Shown piece by piece: positions 23,180-37,100 of a stretch of DNA of 64,000 bases. The notes beneath the pieces are model-generated. The model was not told where the DNA came from. It saw only the letters and a list, made by a program, of their open reading frames with translations, and made no database searches. The translations under genes were made by a program, and so were the position numbers. The DNA is taken from the NCBI GenBank assembly GCA_010909165.1, contig VJWM01000007.1, positions 1-64,000 of the forward strand. The letters run 5' to 3'. This DNA comes from Anthoceros angustus. Lineage: Eukaryota > Plantae > Anthocerotophyta. The first letter of the stretch is position 1, and each line of letters opens with the position of its first letter.

Positions 23180-24835
23180 GATGAATCTCGGAAGCCCCGA
23201 GATTTTCCTCCCACACTTTGTCACTTGGCACTCTGAGGTGGAGACTCAACTTGGCAGCAAGCTTAAGATCCTTAGGAGCGACAGTGGGGGGGAGTTTGAC
23301 TCTACTGTATTTGGCGACCATTGTCGATAACACGGTATTATCCGCCAAACCACCGTGCCTTACACTCCTGAGCAGAACGAGGTTGCTGAGCGCGGCCACC
23401 GAACTCAAGTGGAGATGGGCCGATCTATGTTGCACCATGCTTCCCTCGCTAACCGCTTTTGGGTTGAGGCTTTGAACACAGCTAATTACCTTCTTAATTG
23501 CCTCCCCACTAAGGCGGTCGACGGCAAAACTCCTTATGAAGCATGGACCGGCCGCAAGCCAGACCTCAGCCATCTCCACATCTTCGGCTGCCCGGCCTTT
23601 GTTCACGTTCCTAAGGCCATGCGGCGGAAGCTTGATTCGAAGTCCCAAAAAGGCCTCCTCCTTGGCTACGGCAAAACCGTCAAGGCCTATAGGATTTATT
23701 TGAAGGACTCTCGGCGCCTTGTCTTCGCCCGTGATGTCATCTTCAACGAGGACCCCCTTCTTCTCTCTCCCGATGCTGGGGTAGACGTTGACGTCCTTGA
23801 CCTGGATGTTTCCACTGACGTTGGCGCAGGGGGGGAGGATGAATGGGAGCCCGCACCACCGCCAGCAACACACACTCCCCATGCTTCTCAAGCTGCAATC
23901 CGCCCACCGGTGATTGCGCTCGTGCCTGTAGCACCGGCGCCAGCTCCTCCCGCCTCTCCTGCTACTCCTACAACTCCATCCACGTCTCGAGCTCCCTTCT
24001 CTCCCCTACCCTCCAGCAGCAGTGACTCGGACCTCGACCTTGGTGGCTTCCCCCTTGTCCCTGCAGGCGAGGTATCTCACCCCCTTGACTTACCTCCTCA
24101 TGCAGATGGACCTCAAGCACTTTGGCGCTCGACAAGGGAGCGGACCCTCAGCAGGAAGGCACTCGAGAACCTTGAGCAAACTCAACGAACCTCAAATACA
24201 CAGGCCACCAGCATGGCCACATCTACTCCCGTTCAAGTTTCGCTCTCCACCTCAGATGTATTAATTGGAGCCTACCACACTCGCCGCCGCCTTGTCTGGG
24301 CCACAAGTGGCAGAGTGGAAGAAGGCTGTTGACGACGAGTTTCAATCATTGCACGATAACACCACATGGCGCCTTTGTGATCTACCACCTGGCAGGTCCG
24401 CAGTCGGCAGCAAGTGGACTTTCAAGATCAAGTACACTGGTGCCGGTGCCATTAACCGCTACAAGGCAAGGCTCATGGCACAAGGTTAAACTCAATGTGC
24501 AGGGGATGACTACGATGCATATTATCTTTTCTCCCCTATCATCCAGACTAGTTCGTTGCGCGTTATCCTTGCCTGTGCTACCTTTCATGATTGGGAGACG
24601 GTACAGCTCGATGTTAAGACAACATTTCTTTTATGGAATGTTGCAAGAGGAGATATACATGCGTCAATATGAAGGTTACGAAGAGAAAGGCCGCGAACAT
24701 CTTGTGTGTTTGCTGCAGCGTAGCATATACAGCCTTAAGCAATCTGCTAAGAATTGGAACGTTTATATGGACGACTTCCTCTTGGCATGCGGATTCACTA
24801 AGTGCCCATCGGACGGTAACGTTTACATCCTCCGG
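23180..24835 (+). mobile_element. Ty1/copia pol fragment (integrase core + partial RT), truncated and with stops
   Basis: LKILRSDSGGEF, PYTPEQNEVAER, KTPYEAWTGRKPDLSHL; RT WRLCDLPPGRSAVGSKWTFKIK, YKARLMAQG, QLDVKT, SIYSLKQS; INT precedes RT. Confidence 0.92.
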
Positions 24836-26207
24836 TCAGGAATTATGGAGTTTTGTAGAGCCTGAATTTCTAATAATGGAGCTTGTGTGAACAAGTCGTG
24901 TTGCCTACAGATTGTATCTAGGTGAGTAAGGACCTTATCTTTGATGTGTTGGGACGAGATAGGTAAAGGGACATCAAACGATGATAAAAATTTCTTGATC
25001 ATCGTGGGTTTTGTGATTGTTCTTGTGTAAATAAGAATGAAAATTGAATGTAGGTCCAAGCATATTCTTGGGGGTCAAGACACCCTCGCAGTGATAGCTC
25101 CTCTCCTATGAGGAGCAAGACTGAGCATGTTCGTATCCAACCATAAACCCTTAGGTTCTCATTGGCTTCTTTGAGATAAGTGGTTTCTCTACAATCTCTT
25201 TGCCGTTGCAACTAGTGATCAATTCTATTTGCTCTTCTTAGTAGGCTCTATTGCCGTTGGCTTTGCAATGTGCAGGTCATGATTGTTTATGTCGAGTCGG
25301 TGGCTAGTGGCTCTCATACCATGACAATTTTATATATTAGTTGGTTACGGATTAAGCCTCATGCTTGGATTCATCGGAATAGTTTATGTGTTATAGGCAA
25401 AGCGTTCTTAAGCAGTAAAGGTGAAACGATACCTAGTTGTAACGTTTGCTATGTGCCTATTGATAGCTAAAGTGAAACGTGCCCTAATTAGTGCCCTAGC
25501 TCACTATAATTGTAACAATATCAGGAAAAACGGTGTGCTGACTGCAGTGATAAGCATTGGTCGCCACAATAGTCATATGCTTGACGTAATTGAAGGGCTG
25601 TCTATGATTTCTTCCTCAATTCAATTCAATAAAAGTGGTCTCACACACACAACCTCCCGAGCGGAGTCAAGCATGCCCTAACTCAGTGACGACACAATAG
25701 GCCATAGCCATTACATCTTCCTACTCATTAATATTTATCCACGATGTCATGTTCAATATGGTGGGTTCCATGGCTGGTTAGTGTTGAGTTGGTGGACAAG
25801 GCTAGTGTTCGTATGAAATGAGGCATTGACAGGGTTGTGCTTTACCTGGTGCTTGGAGAATTCTCCTTGAGCCCTGGTTCCTAAAGTCTGTCTTCATGCT
25901 CCCCTACATTAGAGGTTTGTGCATGCGTTAGGGACCCTAATGTACTAGTGTTTTGCAAGAACCAAGAGGAATATGAGGGGTAGTGTCCAACAAATTGCCA
26001 ATATGATGCAAAGTATGAGTATGTGGTAAAGGGTTGAGGTAAAATGATCACTTGTCACGATCTCAACATGTCTCTTTATCTCTTTTAGGTCTGAGTTTCA
26101 ATTGCTAACCTTTATCGAGGGTGGGCTGGAAGTTGAATTGATCAAGCTTACTTTGTAACTTGAACACAGATATCCAACTCGATGCGGCTTTCACAACGCC
26201 CACCTTG

Positions 26208-26306
26208 ATCAATACTAGGAAGTAATCTCCAAGGAACTGCCTTGCAATATTCCACCCAACCCTCTTTGTATTTGGCTCTGCATTTTTCGTCAATCTCCCC
26301 TATCCA
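26208..26306 (-). pseudogene. Diverged duplicate of the last exon of the sterol reductase gene
   Basis: WIGEIDEKCRAKYKEGWVEYCKAVPWRLLPSID versus the gene's WRERRDEERCRAKYKEVWVEYCKAVPWRIFPGIY. Confidence 0.8.
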
Positions 26307-26857
26307 AAATAATGTGGATCCCAAACAAGGATAACGAACAAGGATCCCAAACAAAGATTCTAATATCGGTTCGCCAAGGTACGGGGTGGCCAACCGAGAC
26401 CTATTTTTTTAGGGCACAAGGATCCCAAGCTCCCCATCATCAGCTGGAGATCGGGATTCGGGACCCGCTCTTTGTGCAGCGGGTTACCGATCCTGGGACC
26501 AGGCGGTCAACCGGTTTCCGAACAGCCCTCCCTGGCCGTAGTTTTTTTAAATATAAACGTTCCACTTACGGGTTAGCGCGAAACAGCGGAGTTGCTACAG
26601 TCAAGGGAGTGACAGTTGGGTCCGTGGCCGGCGAAGGCTTCAGCTGTAAACTTGCTTCACCGGAGAGCAGCTCGCTGGTTTGTTGAATATCGGCCCTGGT
26701 CGGGATTTCTGATCCAAGTACGGGATCCTGTGTAGCTCCAAAGTCCTTAAGGACAAGTATTTTCATGACATGCGTGAAGTTTTCAACAGGCTAACACAAA
26801 AGAGCACACAGTTCGGTCGGCCTGCCCCCTCCCCTGGGATGGGGTTCAAGGCCTGTC

Positions 26858-29220
26858 TTAATAAATGCCAGGAAATATTCTCCAAGGGACTGCCTTGCAG
26901 TACTCCACCCAAACCTCCTTGTATTTAGCCCTGCACCTTTCCTCATCTCTCCGCTCTCTCCAGATGAGCAGGATGAGCAGGTAAATTGGGTAGAAGTACG
27001 GTATCACGGAGCTGTCCAGTAGTGGGAATGTCATATCAGAGACTCAGGATACGAAACTGTAAGGAAAGCACATTGACAGTTGTGAGTGGCGTGGAAAGCT
27101 CGATATTAGAAGTGATACCTTGTGCCGCACATCAAACTTAGGGAGACGGCCACCAACAGGTCTCCAAGGTAGTTGCAATGTCTTGCAATGCCCCTTCAGA
27201 ATGACAACTCACACAAGCCTTAGAAATTCTTCTAAAGATAGGAACCAAGAGCAGAAGTTTGTGTTTTACATACCAGTACCCTGAAACAAGAAGCTTCCCT
27301 CCTATAACTTTAGGCGGCTGACCCCAGATCAGGGCGCTAGCATTGTGCTTGAAAACGTGCTTCTGTTTGTTTGCACCTCTGAAAATTATGTACCTGCATG
27401 TGAGACATAAAAAGTGGAGTTACTGCAGCAATGTCCAGAAGGAACATGGATCCCAAACAAGAAGGAAGGGAGCGTTTCTATTCTGCCTATCTATCAGCAG
27501 ACATACCCAGCCACGAAAACTACGATATTGAAAATCGCTAAAGGATTTGACAACTCCACTTTGTGACTTAATAACCACCAACCCTGCAATAACAGGCAGT
27601 GCTTGATACAGTAAGAGCAGCATGCAATGAGCGGAATAGATATTTGGTGGCTGACAATCTGTTGATAGGTCTAGACTTCCATCAAAGGGGCACACCTGGA
27701 TGGAGAAACCGAAGGGGATCCAAACCATGTCCCCAAAAACCAACATGAACCCGAAATTCTCGGCAATGATATCCCACCTGCAGAGAAAGCCGCTAACAAA
27801 GTAACTCAAAACCAAAACTCTAGCAGGAACGTGAAGTCATCATTGAGCCAGAGCGTGCAATTTTGATCCACATTTGAGCGTGAGTGATGGAAACATACGT
27901 GGAGGTCATGTAGGCTTCATACCAAAGAAAGTCAATCACGTAAATCTGCAAAAACCACCATCTCAGTACCTCAAATCTGTAGCTGCCGATCTTATATCAC
28001 AAGTTCGGAGAGCTCTTTTAGAACTTACAGCCGAGAACGTTTGGAACAAAGTCATGGACGGTGATAAGGCACCATCTTCAAGCTTTTGCTTGGCAGCAAT
28101 TGATAGATTGATTAGGAGCCATGCAATCATTCCAGCTCGGATCCAGAAGAATCTACATATTCAAAGTTTGAGTTCAGAACATCTCGTACATTTGCTGGTG
28201 TGTCAAACAAATGAAAGTGGACCTTACTTCAGATCCAGCCCAAGCACTTGAGGATTCAGCTGCACGCCAAACCACCTGACTAAGCCAGAGAGACAAGGGT
28301 AAGGTTCAACACCTGTCAACAACAATAAGGAGGATAGAAAATGAACAGCATCAGCAGACTCCACTCTATGGGACATCGGTCTAGTCCAGACTGTGACAGC
28401 TGTGGCATCCACTCACCAGTCGTGAAGCAGGTTTCCAGTTACTCGGGGCCTCAAAGATGCACTTTTGCTTGTGGACTTTGACCCCGTGATGTAAAGAATC
28501 CAAGTAGCCTATCAAGAGCACCCATCAATTGGTTAGGGTTACATCTGGAAGCACACAGTTGGACAAATCTACGAAGTCCAGGACGGAATTCATGCGTAAA
28601 CAAGACTCACCAACAGGCAAAGAATATTTGCAGCGGCAAACAGTTGTCCGCCTTTCTCAGCAGCTATCTGACAGTACCCAGGCTCGGGGTCAGATCTGTA
28701 CAGCACTGACAGGTGATGCATCTCTGCTTCCAGCAAAATGTGACAGTACCGTAGAACGAAGAACTCCTGCCCTAACAGCGACGCCAAGGGCAACCAGCAG
28801 AAAAACAAGCACATTGAACCCTGCAGAAAAAAATGCATCAGCTTGTAACGAAGCCAGACCTACATCCCACCTACATCCAGCTCGGATCCAGACCTGCATC
28901 CCACCTACAGATAGAGGCTCACCATTAGCCTTGTAGTAAATCCTGGTCTTATCCTCCAGCAATGCACCTGCGATGGTTCTTCCAGGAAGCACCGATCCCA
29001 ACACAGCCACAGCCACTAGAAAGCCCAGCAGCAATCCAACCTGACCACCAAACTCCGTCAGAGTCAAGAAAAAGAAAAGAAAATTAAAAAACAGAGAAAG
29101 CAAGAGCAGCATCAGCTAACAGACCATCGAGAGGGACGGGTAATCCAGCAACGGACACCTCTCCAGGACATCCTTGAGGACCATGATTGATCCCTGGCTT
29201 TGTTTCTCCAACTCCACCAT
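26858..29220 (-). CDS. FK: Delta(14)-sterol reductase (FACKEL/HYDRA2/ERG24 family), multi-exon
   Basis: GT-AG spliced exons give [86 protein letters not shown] and PYFYPIYLLILLIWRERRDE...VPWRIFPGIY*. Start is 29220 or 29184. Confidence 0.93.
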
Positions 29221-31561
29221 CGCGCATCTGGAATACCACAATGGCAGGCAAACGGGGAGTGTGCGGTAAAAACATGTTTCATACGTATCCGGTACGTAGT
29301 TTTTGCATTTAACGTTTAACAAACGCTTCATGTACGTATAGACATGTGTACATGCGTCGTTATTTCGTGACGCGTGACGGAGGCCGTTTTGGGGGCGCAA
29401 GGCGCCGTCAGTTGGGCGGAGCAGAAACGCCACGGAACACAACACGGGCTGTTTCCCAAGACAGATTCCGTTCCCTTACAACGGCAGCTCGCGTGCCGAC
29501 TTTGTCGTAGCCTGTAGGCGAGATGCAGCTTTGGGACCAGTGGAAGTCTGTCAAAGTTGCCCCCAACAAGACGCGAAAGCAATCCAGTGTCCAGGCTTCA
29601 GCAATGAGCACATGCATCCCTGCAAGGTTGCTTGATTACGCATGGAGCCAATCTTAAACGGGGATCGGAACCCGATGTCCGCTGAACACGGTTCACTCGC
29701 AGGCTTTGGATAAAGAGTGTGATCTTGAAAGCTCCAAGGCCCAAAGCCCAAAGCCCAAAGCCCAAAGCCCGGGGCGATGCAGCAATTGCAACGCGGACAC
29801 ACCTTGCATTCCTCAATTGGTGATTGCTTGCCCTAGGGCGAGGCATATTGCTCGAGGCTCATCTTCCCAAAGGTTTGATTCCCTCAAATTCCTCATCAGC
29901 TGCCTAAGCATTGCGGATGTGGTATGCATGTTGCATGGCTACGGCTATGTTGCATGTGGAGTATGGAGTAGTAAAGGTGAGACCTAGTCATGCGGAAATT
30001 GGAATCCTGCTCTGGAGACTGACCTGGCTCCAGGGACGTTGCTTTTGCAGGGCGTGCTTGTCAGATTTGTTTTACTATTGATTTCAGACTCTGGCTGCGT
30101 ATTACGCTGGGATAGGATATCTCCGGGGCTGGACGCAGATCTGGATCCGGGAGGCAGAGTGGAAGGAGAACCTCTCATCTCAAGGTGCAGAGAAGGACAA
30201 GGAGGCCGCGGCAGGATGGAGGAATATTACAGGCAAGGTGATTGCTTCCGTCACCCGGGCCACCTTGGGGTGGCCATGTGCCGGGCTCCACAGGCCACAT
30301 GGCTGCCCGAGGATGTCAGAGGGGTCATGAGCAAACCCTAGCGTGCCATCATCCATGCCTCCTGCAGCTGCCTGCCTGCCTGCTTGTGTTGCCACAAGGG
30401 CAGCATGTGAGCGAGACAAGGTAGGCACGATGACCACGGCGGCCTGGGACGGGCCTAGAGTGGCAGCAGCAGGCTTTTGGACCCCACTACTGTTGGAGCA
30501 TGTCTGGATATCTGTGACCACTGCAGGCCACTGCTACGGCTGCCCTAAGCTTCCATCACCGTTTTGTCCATTCCTGACTGGGAAGTTGGAACTGCTCCAT
30601 CTTCCCCGGCTCCCATTGTACAATTGGAAGTGGCAGTACATTTTGGCAACACGTTGGCAATCATGCTGGGCTGCAACTGCTGCTCTACTAGATCGACGGA
30701 CGGGCTTGGCATGGCATGGGCAGTGATACTTAAAATTATGTTACATTTTGTGTGGCCGCCTCCGCCGCTAACAAATGTGTTCAACAGCAACTGCACAATG
30801 CTGTTATAGGCATTCATGACTGGAGCTCCGCAGTTGCAACGTCTCGGGTATTCCATGGCCTCCTTGTTGTGTGAGAGCAGCGATGGAGCGGGCGGTTGGA
30901 CCCCTGGTCAAGGCAGCGTCAAGGAGTACAACTCCGTTGGCGAAGGGACTAGAGTCTGGCACTGGCTGCTGGCTGCTGGCTGCTGGCTGTGGCTGCTTGC
31001 TGCTGGCAGAGGGGTGGTTGCCGATTTAGGAGGAGCACCCATTTCCGGGCCCCGGCAGAGGCATGTCAGGGCTCGAGAAATGTGCACGGCCCGATTCGGG
31101 CGTGCCGGTCAGACATCGGGGAGAGTTGGAGCTTTGGTTGGTTAGGCGACTTGTAAGTCGCTACAGTCCAGGCGCGGGACCCCGACGGGAATCCGAATCC
31201 CCAGATTTCGGCTGGGTAGAAAGTGGCAGCGAGTTTATTACCCGCCTTGTTCGCAGCGCTCGCGATATGCTTTACCAGTCTGGCGCCCGGAAGGTAGTGC
31301 CCATCACGTCCGACTCCGGACCCCAGCTCATGACCCAGCCTGTATGTCCATGGACATGGGCATGTACAAATTACAATACAATCTGTATGTATGGAGTGGG
31401 CAGCCCCTCGGTGGATGTCCCAGTGCAGCTCTGCCTAGCTGTTTTATGAGAGACTTTATCACCGTATTCATGGCCGCCTTGGCTTCTACGCCCAAGACAT
31501 AAAAAAGAACGCACCATGGGTAGGCTCCCGACGCTCACATGAAGTTCCTTTCACATGCCTT

Positions 31562-31562
<1 letters not shown>

Positions 31563-31596
<34 letters not shown>
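31563..31596. repeat. (GCT)n microsatellite
   Basis: About 11 perfect GCT units. Confidence 0.95.
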
Positions 31597-31600
<4 letters not shown>

Positions 31601-34180
31601 TTGGCGTTGCTCTGGTGATGAGAGGCTAATCAGCTTGTGCTGCTCGTCACGCGTTTTTGAAATGTGAGGTTACCAGGAGGATGATGTTCAAGCAACCACA
31701 CCTTGATGATCTACTCCATCAGATGGTGGCATAGGCTACACATCTGGAGGTGGAGTTGTGGATGTTGTATGTATGTATTTATGTATGTGCATGAAACGGG
31801 AACATTCCGGGTATGAGTGGAGCTAGCTATATTTAGCAGGTGCTGTGGGTGGCTTGTGTCGGATTGGCCATCAATGATTGATCAGTTGAGAAGTCACAGG
31901 TTTTTTTACCACTTTGACTCTGGCAAGCTCATTAAGTGGGGCCATGTGGGAAGTCCCACGTTGGAGAAGCCCCAAGCAGCCGTTGAATGTTCAACGTCCA
32001 TGCAACAATCCTCTCCAGGCTCCCTCACGTGCCTCGCCCATGCCTCTCGGCATTCTTGAAGCAAACGTCCAGACTCTGCATCGAGCACTCTTCACCGATT
32101 TGAGTTCAATTAGTTGGGAACTGGGCTACGAGACTCGAGAGCAGGCCATGATGGATGATGGAGCAGAGAGCGAGCGATGGAGTCTGGATGGCATCATGAT
32201 GCACACAGCGGAAGCCCCTCACCGGATTCATTCATGAAATGCGTTTGCGCCCCCTGCCTTCATCAGCTTCGCTCCTGGGCAGCCATGTACTGGCCATGGA
32301 GGATGATGGGTGGGTGGCAGGGTACATGAAAGTGCAGTACTGGATGCACCATTGCAGGCAGCAGGCATTCATGGGCAGCGCTCGCACTTACAGCGGCGGT
32401 CTTCATCATGCAGCCCAGAGCCTGCAGTCTGAACCGAGATTGAAGAAGGTGGGTTTTGCATGACGTGGGTCACAGATGTGGCATGATCCACATCAACAGG
32501 CAGGCTGTGAGAGGCCCTGCGAAGGCAGCATCATCATCACATGAGTCAGGTACACACGCCGTAGGGGACCGACGAGGGCAGACGGCGACGGAGACGCAGA
32601 CCGAGAAGACATTCTGCTGGGAGGCAAGTCTTCCTTGGTCACTCAGGAGCACCAACCCGTGACCCATGATCCGTGTCTCCACGGCAAGGGGTCCTTCTGC
32701 TTTTCATTTTGGCCCCAGCGATGGCATTGCACCCCGCAATTGGAACTGGAACAACAGACAGGAGATCCCTTCATTTGCTCGCCCTTGTCCTCGGCCCTGA
32801 AGTTGGGTGGCATGGCATCTGTGAGTGCCATCACAGAAGGTGGCCTGCCTACCAGCCTCTCGGCCAGCAGCCCCACACATGCGGGAAAAGCAACTTGGTG
32901 AGAGGCCATTGGTACAGCTGCCGCGGGCCCACTGTGCGCACTGCGCTGCGGTTCCACTGTTCAACGGAGTCCATCGCCCGGCCTTCTGCACCATCATTTT
33001 TTACAGCCCAGGATTTGCGGTTTTACTGGCACACCACCCACAGCTCCTCTTTCTATGTCACAGTCCCTGTACCTCATAGGTGAAGAGCTGCTGTGCTGCT
33101 CCTCTCTCCAGAAGCACCAGCTGCTAGCTCTCCCATCCCCGAGACAGCAGGGAGGAGCTGATGAGCTGCCGGAGCTGCAGCTGCTACTGCTGAGCTTCCG
33201 ACGTGGGTGCTCCTTCTGATGATGAAGGGTCTCTCCTCCTTTGCTCTCTCTCCAGGGCCGGGCTCTGGGTCATGATGGGCGCACTCGCAGCTGATCTACC
33301 CGTTGCTCCGCCCGCGCCTGCGGCTGCTGCGCAGCAGTGATGCATCCGTGCCTGTGGCAGGCCCAGTGCGCGTCCAGTTGGGGGACACAGCATCGGCCTC
33401 TCTGCCACCTTCCGCGGCGTGCATTGCGTGTGCTGTCGCTGTCGCGTGGCCTGGCCCAGCATTGCGTGCTCGGAGGGCTGTGGGGTCTCGGGAGGTAGGA
33501 GGAATTGGAGCCCGAGGCAAGGGAAGCGGGTGGCAGATCAGGCGGGCTGTGGGCTGGACGGACAGCGGAATTTTGCGTGCTGAGAATGAGCGCCTTGTCA
33601 ACCCAGCCGGAGACTTGGAGGAGGAAGGTCCTGATCAACATGTGCAGGTGGATACCCAGGAGAGCTCACAGGACGGACTTCGACTTCGGTTTGTCGACAC
33701 AGCTTGCCTGAGGACGCTGTGGGTTGAGGCCTGTCGTGCGGGAGGAACTGGTGTTTGAGCCCTGCAAGGGCGTCCATCACGGCCCTTTCTTTCTGGGAGG
33801 AAGAGTAGGGGATCTGTCGTCAATGCCGGCGCCTTTGAGCATGTGTTCTGCTGCAACTTGTTGAGCTGCAGCGGCTGTGGTGAGGCCCAGCTACTTGCAT
33901 TACCTCGCCTGCCCAATTTTGCCTCTGCGCGTAGCTTTCCTTGAACTTTTCTGAGTCCGTCACGGTGGTAGATCGGGTTGGGATGTCCCTCTTCGGCCAG
34001 CCGGCGTTTGCGTTTGGTTAGTCATAGATCGGAACCGTGTGAGACAAGCGCGTGATGGCCTGGGGCTCGGCTGTGTAGTCCGTGACAACTGTGCAGCTCG
34101 TGGAGCTCTTCTTAGTGACCCAGATCTTGAACGGATCTGTCGTTTCTTACTGTATGCGTTGTGTTCGTGGGCCTTGACAG

Positions 34181-37100
34181 CTACGAACAACATCGCCACA
34201 GCGGAATTGCTCGGACTTCCTTCGGAGCGAGATCTGCCGACTGGCTGTATGGGAGGAATGTTGCAATTTTTCGATTTGAACCAGGCGCTGGCTGCTAAGC
34301 ACAAGCTTCTCGCGGATCGAAGATATGGAGATGGTGGGCTTTGTGCCTTGCATGGCAGTGGCTTTTTCAATGATGGCTCTCCTCGTTTGGGTGCTAATTC
34401 TCTGAGTCTTATGTTGTGCAGCCTTGCCAGCTTCTCAAGCAGACTTCTTCTCTGCCTCGGGCATGGAGGCTCCGAGGAACAGTGTGGACTATTCAGTTGC
34501 TGAGACACCGCGAACCAGCACTGCCCAACTTGATTTCTTTTCAGGGTTGGAAGCTCCAAGAAATAGCCATGCTAACCAGGAGGACATTCCTGTGGCTTCG
34601 TTTATTCCCACGAAGCTAAATTTTCCTGGAAACGTAGCTCATGCCGACTTCCTCTCAGGGTTAGAAGCTCCCAGAAACAGCCATGCCCATCAGGATGATA
34701 TCCCCGTGGCTACTTTCATCCCTAACAAGTTAGAATTTCCACGAAGTACAGCTCAAGCGGATTTCTTGTCAGGTCTGGAAGCTCCAAGAAACAGTCATGC
34801 TAACCAGGAGGACGTTGCTGCGGCGTCCTTCATCCCCTCGAGGTTGAATTTCCAAGGAAGCATCCCTCAAGCTGATTTCTTCTCGGGACTAGAGGCTCCA
34901 AGAAATAGTGTGGACTACTCAGTGTGTGACACGCCACGGACCAGTCATGCCAGGCAGGATGACGTACCTGTACGTTCTCGAACATGACTGACCCATGCTA
35001 TGGTGCAGCATTTTGTTCATGTGTGGTGCAGACTTTTGGTTCTAAATAGTCTGTTTCTACATGTGCAGTTTGGCTATGAGTTTCCCAAGAATCCCCTTGT
35101 CTCACCCCCACCAGGGAAGTTCTTCAATCCTGGAATGTCGAGGAGAGATGGTGCGGTCGAAAAAGATTCCAGGCGGAATGCTGCTGTACCAGCCCCGAAG
35201 ATTCCTGTTCCTGGTGATCCTGTTGCAGAGTTTGAGTCACGACGCAGGGCTCCGGGTGTGGTTGCCCGCCTCATGGGTCTGGAAGCGTTGCCTGAGGCTA
35301 AGCAGTTGAGGAAAGACCCCATCATGGCTGAGTCAGAAATGCAGCCACCAAGGAAGTCATCTGCTGAGGCCAGTGCTCCCCAACGTCTGAAGAAAAGTGT
35401 GAAGGATTCTGTACAGCACAGGAGAGGCCCTGATCTGGCACCCTCACAACAGGCCTTGAAGTCACAGCCACCTTCACCGAAGGTACCCAGTGAGACATCA
35501 TATTCCCTGAAGAAACCACAGGAGATCCGGATTTTGTATCCTAAGCAGTTGCCCTCTCCTGAAGGATCGCCCTTAAGGGAGTCTCCCCGTCTTCGAAGTC
35601 TCGAAATTCCAGAGAGTGTCCATGACAAAACAAGGTTTGAGCAACTTGCATTTCGGGACCACCCACAGGAGAAGCAGCTGCAGGAGTTTAAGAAGCAATT
35701 TGAGGCTAAGCTTCAGCCCAAGGATAAGACCCGTGCAAACCAGCTGGAAGGTTCAGATAAGGAGTTTGAGGACAAGAAGATCCTTGTTCGTGAGAGACTG
35801 AATGAAGCAAAGAAGACATTGGGACGGGAGAAGCTGAGTGAAGCGAAACGTCGGGCTGCAAGGCAGAAACTGAAGGAGTCTAAGGAGTTTCTGGAGGCCT
35901 TGGAGTTTTTGCAATCTAACAGGGAGTTCTTCCTTAGGTTTCTGCAAGAGCCATTGTCCTCCTTGGCCAAGCAGATGCAAGAGCCGGAATCACCACAGAA
36001 GTTGTATAAATCGGATAGAAAGCAGCCTCGCAATTCAAGCCTCCATGGTGAATCGAAAAGAGAAGGGCTTAACGCCAGGGCACCTGTGTCAGTGTTTGAT
36101 GATGAAAGGAAGAACAGGGAAGCCAAGTTATTATTTCAGAGGCAGCAGGGGCCTAAATCTCCAGCGGATCTGGCTATGTTCTCGAGAATGAAAGCTTCTT
36201 CTGATGGGGAGCTTGGTCAGCACCATGGCAGGCGGGGTTCCCCAGGTGCAACAGATGTTGAAAGTGGGCTGACAAGAATCGTAATCCTCAAGCCAACACT
36301 GGGAAAAGGCAGCCCTCTGAGGTCGATATCTCCAGCTTGTTCGCCTCGGCCATACCGGTCTGGCATTGATCGGAAAGATAATACCAGGCAGGGAGCTAAG
36401 GACATTCTGCGAGATGCGAGGAATGGGGGAGGGCAGAACTTTCATGATGGAGGTGGTGCATTGTCTGGGGACGAGTCTCGGTTCAGGGGAACACAAAAAG
36501 ATCCCAGAGTCATTGCAAGGGAGATTGTTAGGAAAGCACAGGAGACTGCCAGTAAGAAACTAGGCAGGGAGGCTCCTCGGGCTGGCAGCCCCTCTGTCAC
36601 AAAGTATGGAAGTACAGGGAAAAGAGTTTCAGTTTCTCGTGCTGGAACTGATAGTGGGGAGATCACTGCGAGCAGTGATGGAGATGGATCCATGACCCCA
36701 TCTAGGTTGAAGCCTTACCGAGATTCCCCTGGAAGGTCTGCAAGTAGCTCTCCTCGGATGCGGTCATTGGATGTAGCAGCAAATAGTGCCAGCAGGGATG
36801 TGAAGAAACGAGTACCAGAAAGAATCAAGATTTTACAGCCAGAAAAGGCTTTAGAGGAGCCACAGCCAAAGGCAATGTCTCCCTTGGGTAGAAATGCTGC
36901 TTTGGTGAACATGAGTAAGCCAGGCTCTCCTCAGCCTGCTAGTCCTGTGAAAGCCCGGGAACTGAGCAGGCATGTGGCAGAAAGCCTCATTGAAAACCAG
37001 AGCTTCTCGGTATCTGATGCATATGTCAGTGCAGATGAGAAAAGGTCTGGAAAGCCATCAAGGTCTGAGAAGGTGTTCAAGATGGACAAGATGTCAAATC

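Noticed and set aside
23124-23891. 255-aa minus-strand ORF
   Set aside because: Antisense to the copia integrase.
24840-26100. Further TE coding fragments after the copia piece
   Set aside because: No diagnostic motif could be identified with confidence.
29500-33900. Protein-coding gene between FK and TRM
   Set aside because: Many short GC-rich ORFs on both strands, but no recognisable motif or consistent exon chain; could be UTR, lncRNA or an orphan gene, and needs RNA-seq.
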